DNA from: Neisseria dentiae
Lineage (GTDB): Bacteria > Pseudomonadota > Gammaproteobacteria > Burkholderiales > Neisseriaceae
Assembly (NCBI GenBank): GCA_041827905.1
Contig: JBHALY010000246.1
Coordinates: 1 to 43,713 of the forward strand
Direction: 5' to 3'
DNA: 43,713 nucleotides
Every line of letters starts with the position of its first letter. Position 1 is the first letter of the stretch. The notes under the pieces are model-generated. The model worked only from the letters and a program-made list of their open reading frames with translations. It was not told the origin of the DNA and did no database searches. This document shows positions 27,569 through 35,734 of the stretch, piece after piece. A program made the translations under genes and the position numbers.

Positions 27569-28234
27569 TTAAATGGAACCGCATTCTTTTTGAGCAGCCT
27601 TACCTTTCGCTTTAATTTGGCAAGCAATAATGTTTTGCTGCTGGGCCGTTTGAATTTTTTCTTGCTGTTCTGCCATTTTCATACCCATATCCAACATAAC
27701 TTGGTTATTTGCAATGCGTGCTTGCTCAACAGCGATACGGTTTTGTAAGTCAGCGGCAGCCTTCGCGTCTTGAGTTTGATTGGCTTTTTGGGCTAACTGA
27801 TTGATTACTTTTACACGCGCATCTGTGTCCATAATCGCTTTTGCGGCCTGCTTATAGCTGTTAATCAAGGCTTCAGCGGCATTGTTTTGGCTATATTGGT
27901 CTTTACCAGTAAGTGTTGCAGTATCGAGATTTTTAATATCGTTATAAATACCTTTCCACTCATCAGGTATTTGATCCAGCGCGGCATTCTTAGCAAAATC
28001 ACCAAGATTGCGCGTCCCCGTTAATGCTTTTACCTGATTTTTAAGCTCTTGAAGCTGTTTAATTTGGTTCTGAATCTGTTGAGCAAGTTGAATACCCTGT
28101 TGAATTGCCTGAGCAATTGCTGCACCATCAACCACGGGGATACCACTAGCTGACACGGGGGCAACAGAACCTGTCATCATGCCGATGGAAACCAAAACGG
28201 CTATGCCCATTTTTTTTAAATTTGTCGATTTCAT
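27569..28234 (-). CDS. virB5: VirB5 minor pilin
   Basis: Signal peptide, SGIPVVD, Gln-rich helices, LTGTR, KAAADLQNRI. Confidence 0.9.
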   Translation of the reverse strand: MKSTNLKKMGIAVLVSIGMMTGSVAPVSASGIPVVDGAAIAQAIQQGIQLAQQIQNQIKQLQELKNQVKALTGTRNLGDFAKNAALDQIPDEWKGIYNDIKNLDTATLTGKDQYSQNNAAEALINSYKQAAKAIMDTDARVKVINQLAQKANQTQDAKAAADLQNRIAVEQARIANNQVMLDMGMKMAEQQEKIQTAQQQNIIACQIKAKGKAAQKECGSI

Positions 28235-28332
28235 TTGAATCATTTCCTTATAAATAGAAAAAGCCGCAAATGCGGCAGGGAGAGAAGCTAAAAGGCCGTC
28301 TGAAAAACTTTCAGACGGCCTTTTTTCTGTAC

Positions 28333-30756
28333 TCAAACAGTCTCAGACTGTTGCTCTTGCTCTATTTTGGCTGTTTTATTCTCCTTTCTCATTTCATGGA
28401 AAACAGGCAACCAATCATCGGGGTTTTCGCTACCACAATACTCCATTGCTTGGTGCATGATATGTACGTTAGCTGCATTACCCGAGAGGACTGCGATTTC
28501 GTCTTTCATGCCTGTCAGATTGAGCGTCGCTATAGAACTACCCATGTTTTGCTTGATTAAGAACTTGCGGCTTTTCTCGCCAAGTTTCCTCATCTCCAAA
28601 AATTCTTTTTCTGTCAGACCGAGACGTTGGTAATTGCCTTCGTATTCAGCAGCAGGGTTAGGTAGCAGCACTTTGGTTACAGTCTGTTCTACGACGGTGT
28701 CAAAAATCGGCGAATTGATGGCGTCTTTCGGTGACTGGGTAACCAGCAGTAAAAAACCGCCAAGTTTTCGGTCGGTTTTCAATCCGTCAACGATAAATTC
28801 TTGTGTAACCGGATATTTTGCCGGCAGCCAAAATTCTTCCAACACAGTTGCCAATACCCCACGGCTTTTGGCTACACGTTCCAGCATGATGTTTTTCATG
28901 TAGAACATACAAGCCAGTATCGGTTCGGTGGGGCGGTAATCAGCCTTGAGAATGTCGGTCAGGTCAAAACCTACACGATAGAATTCATCGGGATTGAACA
29001 GGTTTTCGGGGTTATCCAGGCACCATGCGAAACGCCCTTTTCCGCACCATACTTCAAGGCGGGTAAATAGACTGTTATCTTCGGTGCTGGGTGGGATGGA
29101 GTGCAGCAATGCGCCCATACGGCGGTGTTTGAAATCCAAATTCATCACGGTATCCACCGCCATCTTGATCTTTTTCTGTTCTTCTGCGGTATTATCCTTG
29201 CTCTGTTGTCGGACACACGAACCGACCAAGTCATACAGGAAATCCCTTAATTTGGGAGAATCTGGCCATTGGAACGGGTTCAGACCGGTGGGAACACCCG
29301 CATCAATCGGGAAATAGGTGCCGCCGATTGTGCGAATAAAAATCTCCATGCCCTTGTCTTTGTCCATCGCAAAGATAAAAGGCTTGAAGCGTTCGGCAAA
29401 ACTTAACATAGCTGTTTGAGCGGTAGTTTTACCTGCTCCGGTTTTCCCCATCAGTAACGCATGCCCGGCAGGATATTCCTCTGCGGGAACAAGTTCGTTG
29501 GGATCTGTGTAGTGGAAATTGAAGTCGTAAATGGTGCTGCCCTCGGTTTTCAAAGGCATAACGGCCGAACCGTCTCCCAGCGGGTTGCCCCGGCTTTTTC
29601 CGTGTTCGTAGTTAAACATCGGGAAAGAAGCGGCTAAATTGGTGGTGGCCTTGGGAAATGGGCGTGGTTTGATTTTGGCACCGGGAAACTGGCTGAAAAA
29701 GGTAAATTCCGCCGATAACGACGCACGGATAAAACGAAAGCCGCCGGAACTCAAGAATCGGGCGGCTACAGTTTGTCCGTTAGTGTACGCTTTTCTTGGA
29801 GTATCCCCAAAAACCACCAACGCGCCATGATAATCACCAAACATCAAATCACCGGTAGCCAAATGGCCTTTAGCCTCCATCAATTCTTCGTGCTGCCCAA
29901 TGGCCATATCACCCACTGATTCCAACTTGTTAAGTTGATCGTCGATTTTTTTCATCATTGAGCCGGAACGTATATAGGCAAAACTTTGGGTAAAAATAAA
30001 TTCACAGGGCAACGAAAGTGTACTGACCATTACCTTGACCTTACTTTGACCAAACTCTTTCAGATCGTATAGTGTGGCATAGCGTGTTTTATCAGAACTA
30101 CGCATTTCCAAAAGTTCAGAACCGAAGTGCAGGTTGGCTGACGGAATGGTTCGGTAGGCATTTGCCGAACCGATCGGAATCGGTTCGTAAGTGCCGTTGG
30201 CCAGCATACCGATAAACTCATAGAACTCTGAAAAAAGAATACCCGATTCGTTATAGTATGCTTTCAATATATACGGATCATAATCTTGCAAATATTCGGT
30301 CAGTTTCTCAATGAGTTCTTCAGCTTCTTCTACGGCATCATCAATATCCTCATATTTAAGAATACAGGTAATGTAGTAGATGTTTTCAAAATAATCGCCA
30401 CTCTGGAGCTTTTCCATATACTTGCGCGCGAAAGTGCGCGTAAACGTAGTATGGAAATCGTATTCACGCTCGAAGTCGATTTTTTTGTGGTGGTGGGTTA
30501 CCCAAAGCCCCAAGCGGCTACTTTTGTCTTTACCGATAGAAGCAAGGGTTTTGTTCAGATTCAGGTATTGAACAACCATACTGGTATCATCCACACCCTC
30601 AAAACGTGTTCCCTCTAAGCGGAAAGTAAAAGCAACGCGGTTATCTGCAAGTAACACCACACGTTCGCTTATATGCTGTTTATAAGGTGGCAGGCTATCT
30701 TCCTGCCCACGTTGTTTTTTCAGTATTTTGCTCAAAAAATCGTTGGTAATCATCAT
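28333..30756 (-). CDS. virB4: VirB4 ATPase
   Basis: GKTGAGKTT, DKDKG, GLNPFQ, EEFW, TQSP, LPNP. Confidence 0.95.
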   Translation of the reverse strand: MMITNDFLSKILKKQRGQEDSLPPYKQHISERVVLLADNRVAFTFRLEGTRFEGVDDTSMVVQYLNLNKTLASIGKDKSSRLGLWVTHHHKKIDFEREYDFHTTFTRTFARKYMEKLQSGDYFENIYYITCILKYEDIDDAVEEAEELIEKLTEYLQDYDPYILKAYYNESGILFSEFYEFIGMLANGTYEPIPIGSANAYRTIPSANLHFGSELLEMRSSDKTRYATLYDLKEFGQSKVKVMVSTLSLPCEFIFTQSFAYIRSGSMMKKIDDQLNKLESVGDMAIGQHEELMEAKGHLATGDLMFGDYHGALVVFGDTPRKAYTNGQTVAARFLSSGGFRFIRASLSAEFTFFSQFPGAKIKPRPFPKATTNLAASFPMFNYEHGKSRGNPLGDGSAVMPLKTEGSTIYDFNFHYTDPNELVPAEEYPAGHALLMGKTGAGKTTAQTAMLSFAERFKPFIFAMDKDKGMEIFIRTIGGTYFPIDAGVPTGLNPFQWPDSPKLRDFLYDLVGSCVRQQSKDNTAEEQKKIKMAVDTVMNLDFKHRRMGALLHSIPPSTEDNSLFTRLEVWCGKGRFAWCLDNPENLFNPDEFYRVGFDLTDILKADYRPTEPILACMFYMKNIMLERVAKSRGVLATVLEEFWLPAKYPVTQEFIVDGLKTDRKLGGFLLLVTQSPKDAINSPIFDTVVEQTVTKVLLPNPAAEYEGNYQRLGLTEKEFLEMRKLGEKSRKFLIKQNMGSSIATLNLTGMKDEIAVLSGNAANVHIMHQAMEYCGSENPDDWLPVFHEMRKENKTAKIEQEQQSETV

Positions 30757-31093
30757 TCTCTCTTCCGTACTTACTGCCTAAAATCGTGTTGGTTTTACCG
30801 AACAGCCGATAATTTCGCCGCCGCAATACACTTAAGGTTGATAAGCCGATAATGCGCAATGCCTGGTCATCCTGTTGCGTTTGCGTGTAAATGAAAAGCA
30901 AACATGGAATAACAAAGAGCAATGCGAGAAAAGCTTTTCCGTGTATAAAAGGCAGTAAAATCATGGAAATAAAAACAGGAAAAATAAATGACATAAGAGC
31001 AGGAACCAGCGGCATTCCTGCAATAGTCGCTGCCCGGGCTAAAGCATTAAACCCCGGGAGCTCGTCATCTATTTCTAGAAATTTTTCATTCAT
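30695..31093 (-). CDS. virB3: VirB3
   Basis: FNALARAATIAGMP, two TMs, DDQALRI; between virB2 and virB4. Confidence 0.85.
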   Translation of the reverse strand: MNEKFLEIDDELPGFNALARAATIAGMPLVPALMSFIFPVFISMILLPFIHGKAFLALLFVIPCLLFIYTQTQQDDQALRIIGLSTLSVLRRRNYRLFGKTNTILGSKYGRENDDYQRFFEQNTEKTTWAGR

Positions 31094-31106
31094 GTTTGAC
31101 CCTTTC

Positions 31107-31448
31107 CTACGCCCACACACCCCAAAAATAAACACCAAGAGCAGGGACGCCACCTACAACAGCGACTTTCAAACAGCAAACACCGAAGTCCATCCAATCA
31201 ATCTTATTCCCCCAAAGTTTGCCACCTTCCCAAAGTAAATAAATAATGGCACATACACCGATAAAAGAATAAGCAGCAGTTTTCCAACTGTTTGCTTCAC
31301 TTTCCAGTTTTGTGAGACCGCCGGAAGAAGCATAAGCATCGCCGCTGAACAGAAAAATAAATAATGCGAAGGCAAACCCAGCCAACAACAAAATGTATTT
31401 TTGGGTTGACACAACAGCTTGAGTTTGGGTTTCAGAAACAGAATTCAT
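31107..31448 (-). CDS. virB2: VirB2 pilin
   Basis: Long leader ending AYA, two hydrophobic helices; between virB1 and virB3. Confidence 0.75.
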   Translation of the reverse strand: MNSVSETQTQAVVSTQKYILLLAGFAFALFIFLFSGDAYASSGGLTKLESEANSWKTAAYSFIGVCAIIYLLWEGGKLWGNKIDWMDFGVCCLKVAVVGGVPALGVYFWGVWA

Positions 31449-31533
31449 AAGTATTTCCTTTAAAAAAATGCCGCCAAATGGCGGACACAAAAAAACCGGC
31501 ACTAGGCCGGAACACAGTTACCCGAGGGTAAAA

Positions 31534-32151
31534 TTAAAACTCTTGAAACACATCCCACGCTGCATATTGTTTCGGCGGTGGGGAATCAGCTACCGCCCGG
31601 GCCGAAGCTATGCGGACGGCCTTAACAGCGGTTTTCTGCGGATGGTAAGCCGCTTTCATGGACACTCCACGGTTTCCCGCAGCATGGGCGGGGTTGCCAC
31701 TTAATTGTGCGTAACGGTTACGCACAATCCGGACGTATTTTTGGGTTTCGCGGTAGGGTGGGATGCCCCTATATTTGTCCACCGCGCCCTCGCCGGCGTT
31801 GTAGCCGGCCAGTATCAGGTTGAGGTCTCCTTTGTAACGGTTGCTCAAAAAACGCAGGTAGCGCGTACCGGCGATGATGTTGTGTTCGGGGTTGTACAGA
31901 TATTTGGGATTAACCCCCATCCGCGCAGCCGTAGGCGGGATAACCTGCAACAGGCCGCGGGCATTTTTGTGCGAAAGGGCATAACGGTTACCACCGCTCT
32001 CCCGAGCCATAACGGCCCACACAAGGTTCGCATCCAAGCCTTGCGCCGCCGCGTGTTTTTCCACCAAATGCTGATACTGCGGATAAGGTGCAGAGATGCA
32101 GACACCTGATGCCAACGCCGCTACAACTGCCAACAGATTTTTAGCTTTCAA
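31534..32151 (-). CDS. virB1: VirB1 lytic transglycosylase (TTG start)
   Basis: AVMARESGG, ARGLLQVIP.TA, AGYNAGEGAV, ETQKYV; AAGGAG before TTG at 32151. Confidence 0.88.
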   Translation of the reverse strand: MKAKNLLAVVAALASGVCISAPYPQYQHLVEKHAAAQGLDANLVWAVMARESGGNRYALSHKNARGLLQVIPPTAARMGVNPKYLYNPEHNIIAGTRYLRFLSNRYKGDLNLILAGYNAGEGAVDKYRGIPPYRETQKYVRIVRNRYAQLSGNPAHAAGNRGVSMKAAYHPQKTAVKAVRIASARAVADSPPPKQYAAWDVFQEF

Positions 32152-32226
32152 GATTTGCTCCTTTAAAAAAAGACCGCCTGAAAATTCAGGCGGCCTCACG
32201 GATTTAGGCTGATTACTTTATGCCAT

Positions 32227-32733
32227 TCAGAACGGAATATCGGATTCGATATCGTCAACAGGGGCAACCGGTACGGCGGGAGCCTGCCGTTTTGGCGGAG
32301 TTACGACACCACCACTTGCTGCGGCATATTTTTCCGCCGTCATGTGGTGCGATGATTGCTGTTGTGCCGGTGCACCGCCGTATTCCGCAGAGCCGCCGCT
32401 GCGCGAACCGAGCATTTTCATTTCGTTGCCGATAATGTCGTAGGCGGTGCGCTCGATACCGTCTTTACCCAGATATTTGCGGCTTTGGATACGGCCATCG
32501 ATATAAACCGAGCTGCCTTTACGCAGATACTGGCCGGCTACTTCGGCCAAACGGCGGTAAAGGGTAATGTTGTGCCATTCGGTACGTTCCTGACGCTGGC
32601 CGGTTTGGCGGTCGTTCCAAGTTTCGCTGGTGGCGATGCTGAAATTGCAGACGGCCTCGCCGTTGGGCATATAGCGCATTTCGGGATCGCGGCCGAGATT
32701 GCCGATAAGGATGACTTTGTTCAAGGATGCCAT
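32227..32733 (-). CDS. ssb: Single-stranded DNA-binding protein
   Basis: [18 protein letters not shown]...TEWH...DDIESDIPF tail. Confidence 0.95.
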   Translation of the reverse strand: MASLNKVILIGNLGRDPEMRYMPNGEAVCNFSIATSETWNDRQTGQRQERTEWHNITLYRRLAEVAGQYLRKGSSVYIDGRIQSRKYLGKDGIERTAYDIIGNEMKMLGSRSGGSAEYGGAPAQQQSSHHMTAEKYAAASGGVVTPPKRQAPAVPVAPVDDIESDIPF

Positions 32734-32886
32734 TTGCTGCTCCCAAAAAGAAAAAACGAAAAATTAAACATGCCCAATAGGTACAGGCAGGCTTAAGTTT
32801 TCGTTTTTGTGTGTGTCTAATTTGTGACTGAATGTTCTTAAACAAGGCTGTATATAACGGTAAATGCAGACTTCACTCTTGTTTAA

Positions 32887-32899
32887 AATCAATTAGTTA
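32887..32899 (+). promoter_or_regulatory. IHF-consensus site beside att (second match at 33047-33059)
   Basis: AATCAATTAGTTA matches WATCAANNNNTTR. Confidence 0.55.
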
Positions 32900-32911
32900 T
32901 ATTTTATATTG

Positions 32912-32960
32912 CGGACTGTTAATCCGCAGGTCCCTGGTTCGAGCCCAGGTCGGGGAGCCA
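32912..32960 (+). repeat. att site: duplicated 3' half of tRNA-Asn(GTT), not an intact tRNA
   Basis: CGGACTGTTAATCCGCAGGTCCCTGGTTCGAGCCCAGGTCGGGGAGCCA = anticodon arm, T arm and CCA; the 5' acceptor strand and D arm are replaced by AT-rich sequence. Confidence 0.88.
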
Positions 32961-32968
32961 AATTTCCT

Positions 32969-33004
32969 AAACCTAAACAATATAATTGTTTAGGTTTTTC
33001 TTTT
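32969..33004 (+). terminator. Hairpin terminator after the tRNA 3' fragment
   Basis: AAACCTAAACAAT-ATA-ATTGTTTAGGTTT followed by T-rich sequence. Confidence 0.6.
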
Positions 33005-33548
33005 GTGTATTTCTTTTGTGATTGAATTTCTGTATTTTTATATTTTAATCAATTGCTTAATATAAGCTCCATTATGTTCGGGCTTGGTCTGAATTATGAC
33101 CAGTATAATTTTCTTAAGTTGATAGTTGATTGGTTACAGACCTTTGCAAAATTCAAAAGGGCATCATACAAAATGAGACCTTCGCAAAAATACCTTAAGG
33201 CCGTCTGAAATGCTTAAACCTCATCATTAGTTTCACAATTCTGCCATACATAAATATTTTCAGACGGCCTAAACAAACTTGGCAAAGGCTTCGTTCCGAG
33301 ACAAACGGGTGAAAGCATGGGTTCAGATGCCCGAGTGTATCGGATATATGTTGGACGGGAACGTTTAATATTTATTTAATTGATAGAAAATTCCAGTATT
33401 TATTAAATTGAAAAATTTAAATTCTCATAAAAACAAAAATCATAGATTTACACAATAAAATAGCTGAAAAAAGGTTTTTGTGCTTGCCATAGCCCGAATG
33501 AGCCGCTAATCTTTGCAGCCTGATTCATTTACATAGAAAAGAACAATC

Positions 33549-34595
33549 ATGACTCCGCCACGCCACCAAACAGACGACGTTAAAATCAAAGAAGTTAAAG
33601 AACTGTTGCCGCCGATTGCCCATCTTTACGAGTTGCCCATCAGTGAAACTGCCGCCGATTTGGTTTACCAAACCCGCCAGGAAGTTGCCAAGTTGGTTCA
33701 CGGTGAAGACAACCGCCTGCTGGTGATTATCGGCCCCTGTTCGATTCACGACCCCAAAGCTGCGCTCGAATACGCCGAGCGTTTGCTGCCGCTGCGTAAA
33801 AAATACGAAAAAGAATTGCTGATCGTGATGCGCGTGTATTTTGAAAAACCGCGCACTACCGTGGGCTGGAAAGGTCTGATTAATGATCCGCACTTAGACG
33901 GCACGTTCGACATCAATTTCGGTCTGCGCCAAGCCCGCAAGCTGCTGCTCACGCTGAACGATATGGGCATGCCTGCGTCCACCGAGTTTCTCGACATGAT
34001 TACGCCGCAATACTATGCCGATTTGATTTCATGGGGCGCCATCGGTGCGCGTACCACCGAAAGCCAGGTACACCGCGAGCTGGCCAGCGGCTTGTCATGC
34101 CCTGTTGGCTTTAAGAACGGCACCGACGGCAATCTGAAAATCGCCATCGATGCCATCGGCGCAGCTTCGCATCCGCACCACTTTTTGTCGGTTACCAAAA
34201 CCGGTCATTCCGCCATCGTGCATACCAGCGGCAACCCGGATTGTCATGTGATTCTGCGCGGCGGCAAAGAGCCGAATTACAGCGCCGAGCATGTGAAAGA
34301 CGCCGCCGCCCAGCTCGAAAAAGCCGGCGTGTCGCCTAAGCTGATGGTGGATTTCAGTCATGCCAACAGTCGTAAAGACTACAAACGCCAAATGGAGGTG
34401 GCCGAAGATGTGGCGCAGCAAATCCGTAACGGCGAAAACAATATTATGGGCGTGATGGTGGAAAGCCATTTGGTGGAAGGCCGTCAGGACAAGCCTGAAA
34501 CTTACGGCCAAAGCATCACCGATGCCTGCATCGGCTGGGATAAAACCGAAGAATTGCTGGCGTTGCTGGCTGAAGCAAACCGCAGTCGTGTGTAA
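33549..34595 (+). CDS. aroG: Class I DAHP synthase
   Basis: GPCSIHD, RVYFEKPRTTVGWKGLINDP, IGARTTESQVHRE, DFSHANS, SITDAC. Confidence 0.96.
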   Translation: MTPPRHQTDDVKIKEVKELLPPIAHLYELPISETAADLVYQTRQEVAKLVHGEDNRLLVIIGPCSIHDPKAALEYAERLLPLRKKYEKELLIVMRVYFEKPRTTVGWKGLINDPHLDGTFDINFGLRQARKLLLTLNDMGMPASTEFLDMITPQYYADLISWGAIGARTTESQVHRELASGLSCPVGFKNGTDGNLKIAIDAIGAASHPHHFLSVTKTGHSAIVHTSGNPDCHVILRGGKEPNYSAEHVKDAAAQLEKAGVSPKLMVDFSHANSRKDYKRQMEVAEDVAQQIRNGENNIMGVMVESHLVEGRQDKPETYGQSITDACIGWDKTEELLALLAEANRSRV

Positions 34596-34647
34596 ATACC
34601 TTCGGGTTGCAACATAATGAAATGATTTGAAATAGATATTAATCATA

Positions 34648-34690
34648 CAGGCCGTCTGAAAGTCCGCTTTTGCGTTTTTCAGACGGCCTG
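34648..34690. terminator. DUS inverted-repeat terminator between convergent aroG and rarD
   Basis: CAGGCCGTCTGAAA ... TTTCAGACGGCCTG. Confidence 0.7.
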
Positions 34691-34722
34691 CTGTTTTTGC
34701 TCTTTCATTCGGAGTTTGGTAT

Positions 34723-35637
34723 CTAGGCCTTATGTCCTGCGGCGCGATACTGCCGCCATACCGCAACCAAATACAACACCACGCCCAGCCACACCCAGAC
34801 GTAGCCGATCAGGCGGTTGGCATCAAAAGCCTCGCCGAACAGCAGCAAGCCGGCCAACAATTGCAGCACCGGCGAAAAATATTGCAGCATACCGAGCATG
34901 GAAAGCGGAATCCGACGCGCACCGGCGGCGAACATCAATAAAGGCACGGTGGTAATCATGCCCGAGCCGAGCAATACCGCCAGCGGCAACGTACCCAGTT
35001 GGGCAAACTGCAAACTGCCTGCCGCATAATGGTGCGCCAGATAGCCCAGCGCAAATGGCAACAGGATCAGGGTTTCCCAAGTCAGCCCCACCAAAGCGCC
35101 CACCGGTGCGAGTTTGCGGATAAAACCGTAGAACCCGAAAGTCAGCGTCAGCAGCAGCGCCACCCACGGCATCTGCCCGGCCGGCACCGCCAGCCACAAA
35201 ATCCCCGCAAACGCCAGCGCCACCGCAGCGGCTTGCAGCTTATCCAGCCGTTCTTTCAAGACCACGCGGCCGAGGAACACGCTAAAGAGCGGCGACATAA
35301 AGTAACCCAGGCTGGCATCGAGTACATGATTATTGGCAATCGCCCACAAATACACCAGCCAGTTCATGCCGATACAGAACCCGCTCAACACCAGCGCCGC
35401 CAGAATCTTCGGCTGTTTGAGCACGGCGGCGAACGCGCCCTGCTGACGGGTAAACAGCAACACCGCCACGGCAAACAGCGCCGACCACACAATCCGCTGC
35501 GCCAACACCTGATCGGCCGCCATGCCCGCCTGATTGATGGGATACCAATAAATCGGAAACAGCCCCCAAATGGCATAACAGCCGGCGGCATACCAAATGC
35601 CTTTGCGGGTTTCTTGGGCGGAATACGCGGAATTCAT
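34723..35637 (-). CDS. rarD: EamA-family transporter RarD
   Basis: YAIWGLFPIYW, RIVWS, NWLVYLWAI, ASLGYFMSPL, GMLQYFSP. Confidence 0.92.
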   Translation of the reverse strand: MNSAYSAQETRKGIWYAAGCYAIWGLFPIYWYPINQAGMAADQVLAQRIVWSALFAVAVLLFTRQQGAFAAVLKQPKILAALVLSGFCIGMNWLVYLWAIANNHVLDASLGYFMSPLFSVFLGRVVLKERLDKLQAAAVALAFAGILWLAVPAGQMPWVALLLTLTFGFYGFIRKLAPVGALVGLTWETLILLPFALGYLAHHYAAGSLQFAQLGTLPLAVLLGSGMITTVPLLMFAAGARRIPLSMLGMLQYFSPVLQLLAGLLLFGEAFDANRLIGYVWVWLGVVLYLVAVWRQYRAAGHKA

Positions 35638-35734
35638 AACAGATCGGCCGGGTAAAGACGGCGATTATCCGCCTGAAGCCGCGCCGCCGCAATGCCGCAT
35701 TCAGCAATGCCGCCATATCCCTTATAATGCCCAC

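Larger units (their letters stand above)
6117..32960 (-). mobile_element. Integrative conjugative element / T4SS genomic island (right part; left boundary not resolved)
   Basis: Full virB1-11 + virD4, relaxase, mobC, primase, ssb and defence cargo, ending at a tRNA-Asn 3' fragment next to core genes. Confidence 0.85.

Noticed and set aside
18861-32151. Xanthomonas-type killing T4SS or gonococcal genetic island
   Set aside because: VirB7 is the short form with no extra domain, no XVIPCD-like motif was recognised, and relaxase/MobC/primase are present. The gene set is VirB/P-type rather than F-type tra.
32912-32960. Functional tRNA-Asn gene
   Set aside because: The 5' acceptor strand and D arm are missing; treated as an att duplication.
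35597-35734. N-terminal extensions in the ORF track (priA; likewise rhlE, virB1/2/3/5/6, virD4, primase)
   Set aside because: The extensions run through hairpins or neighbouring genes; downstream starts fit RBS placement and family N-termini better.
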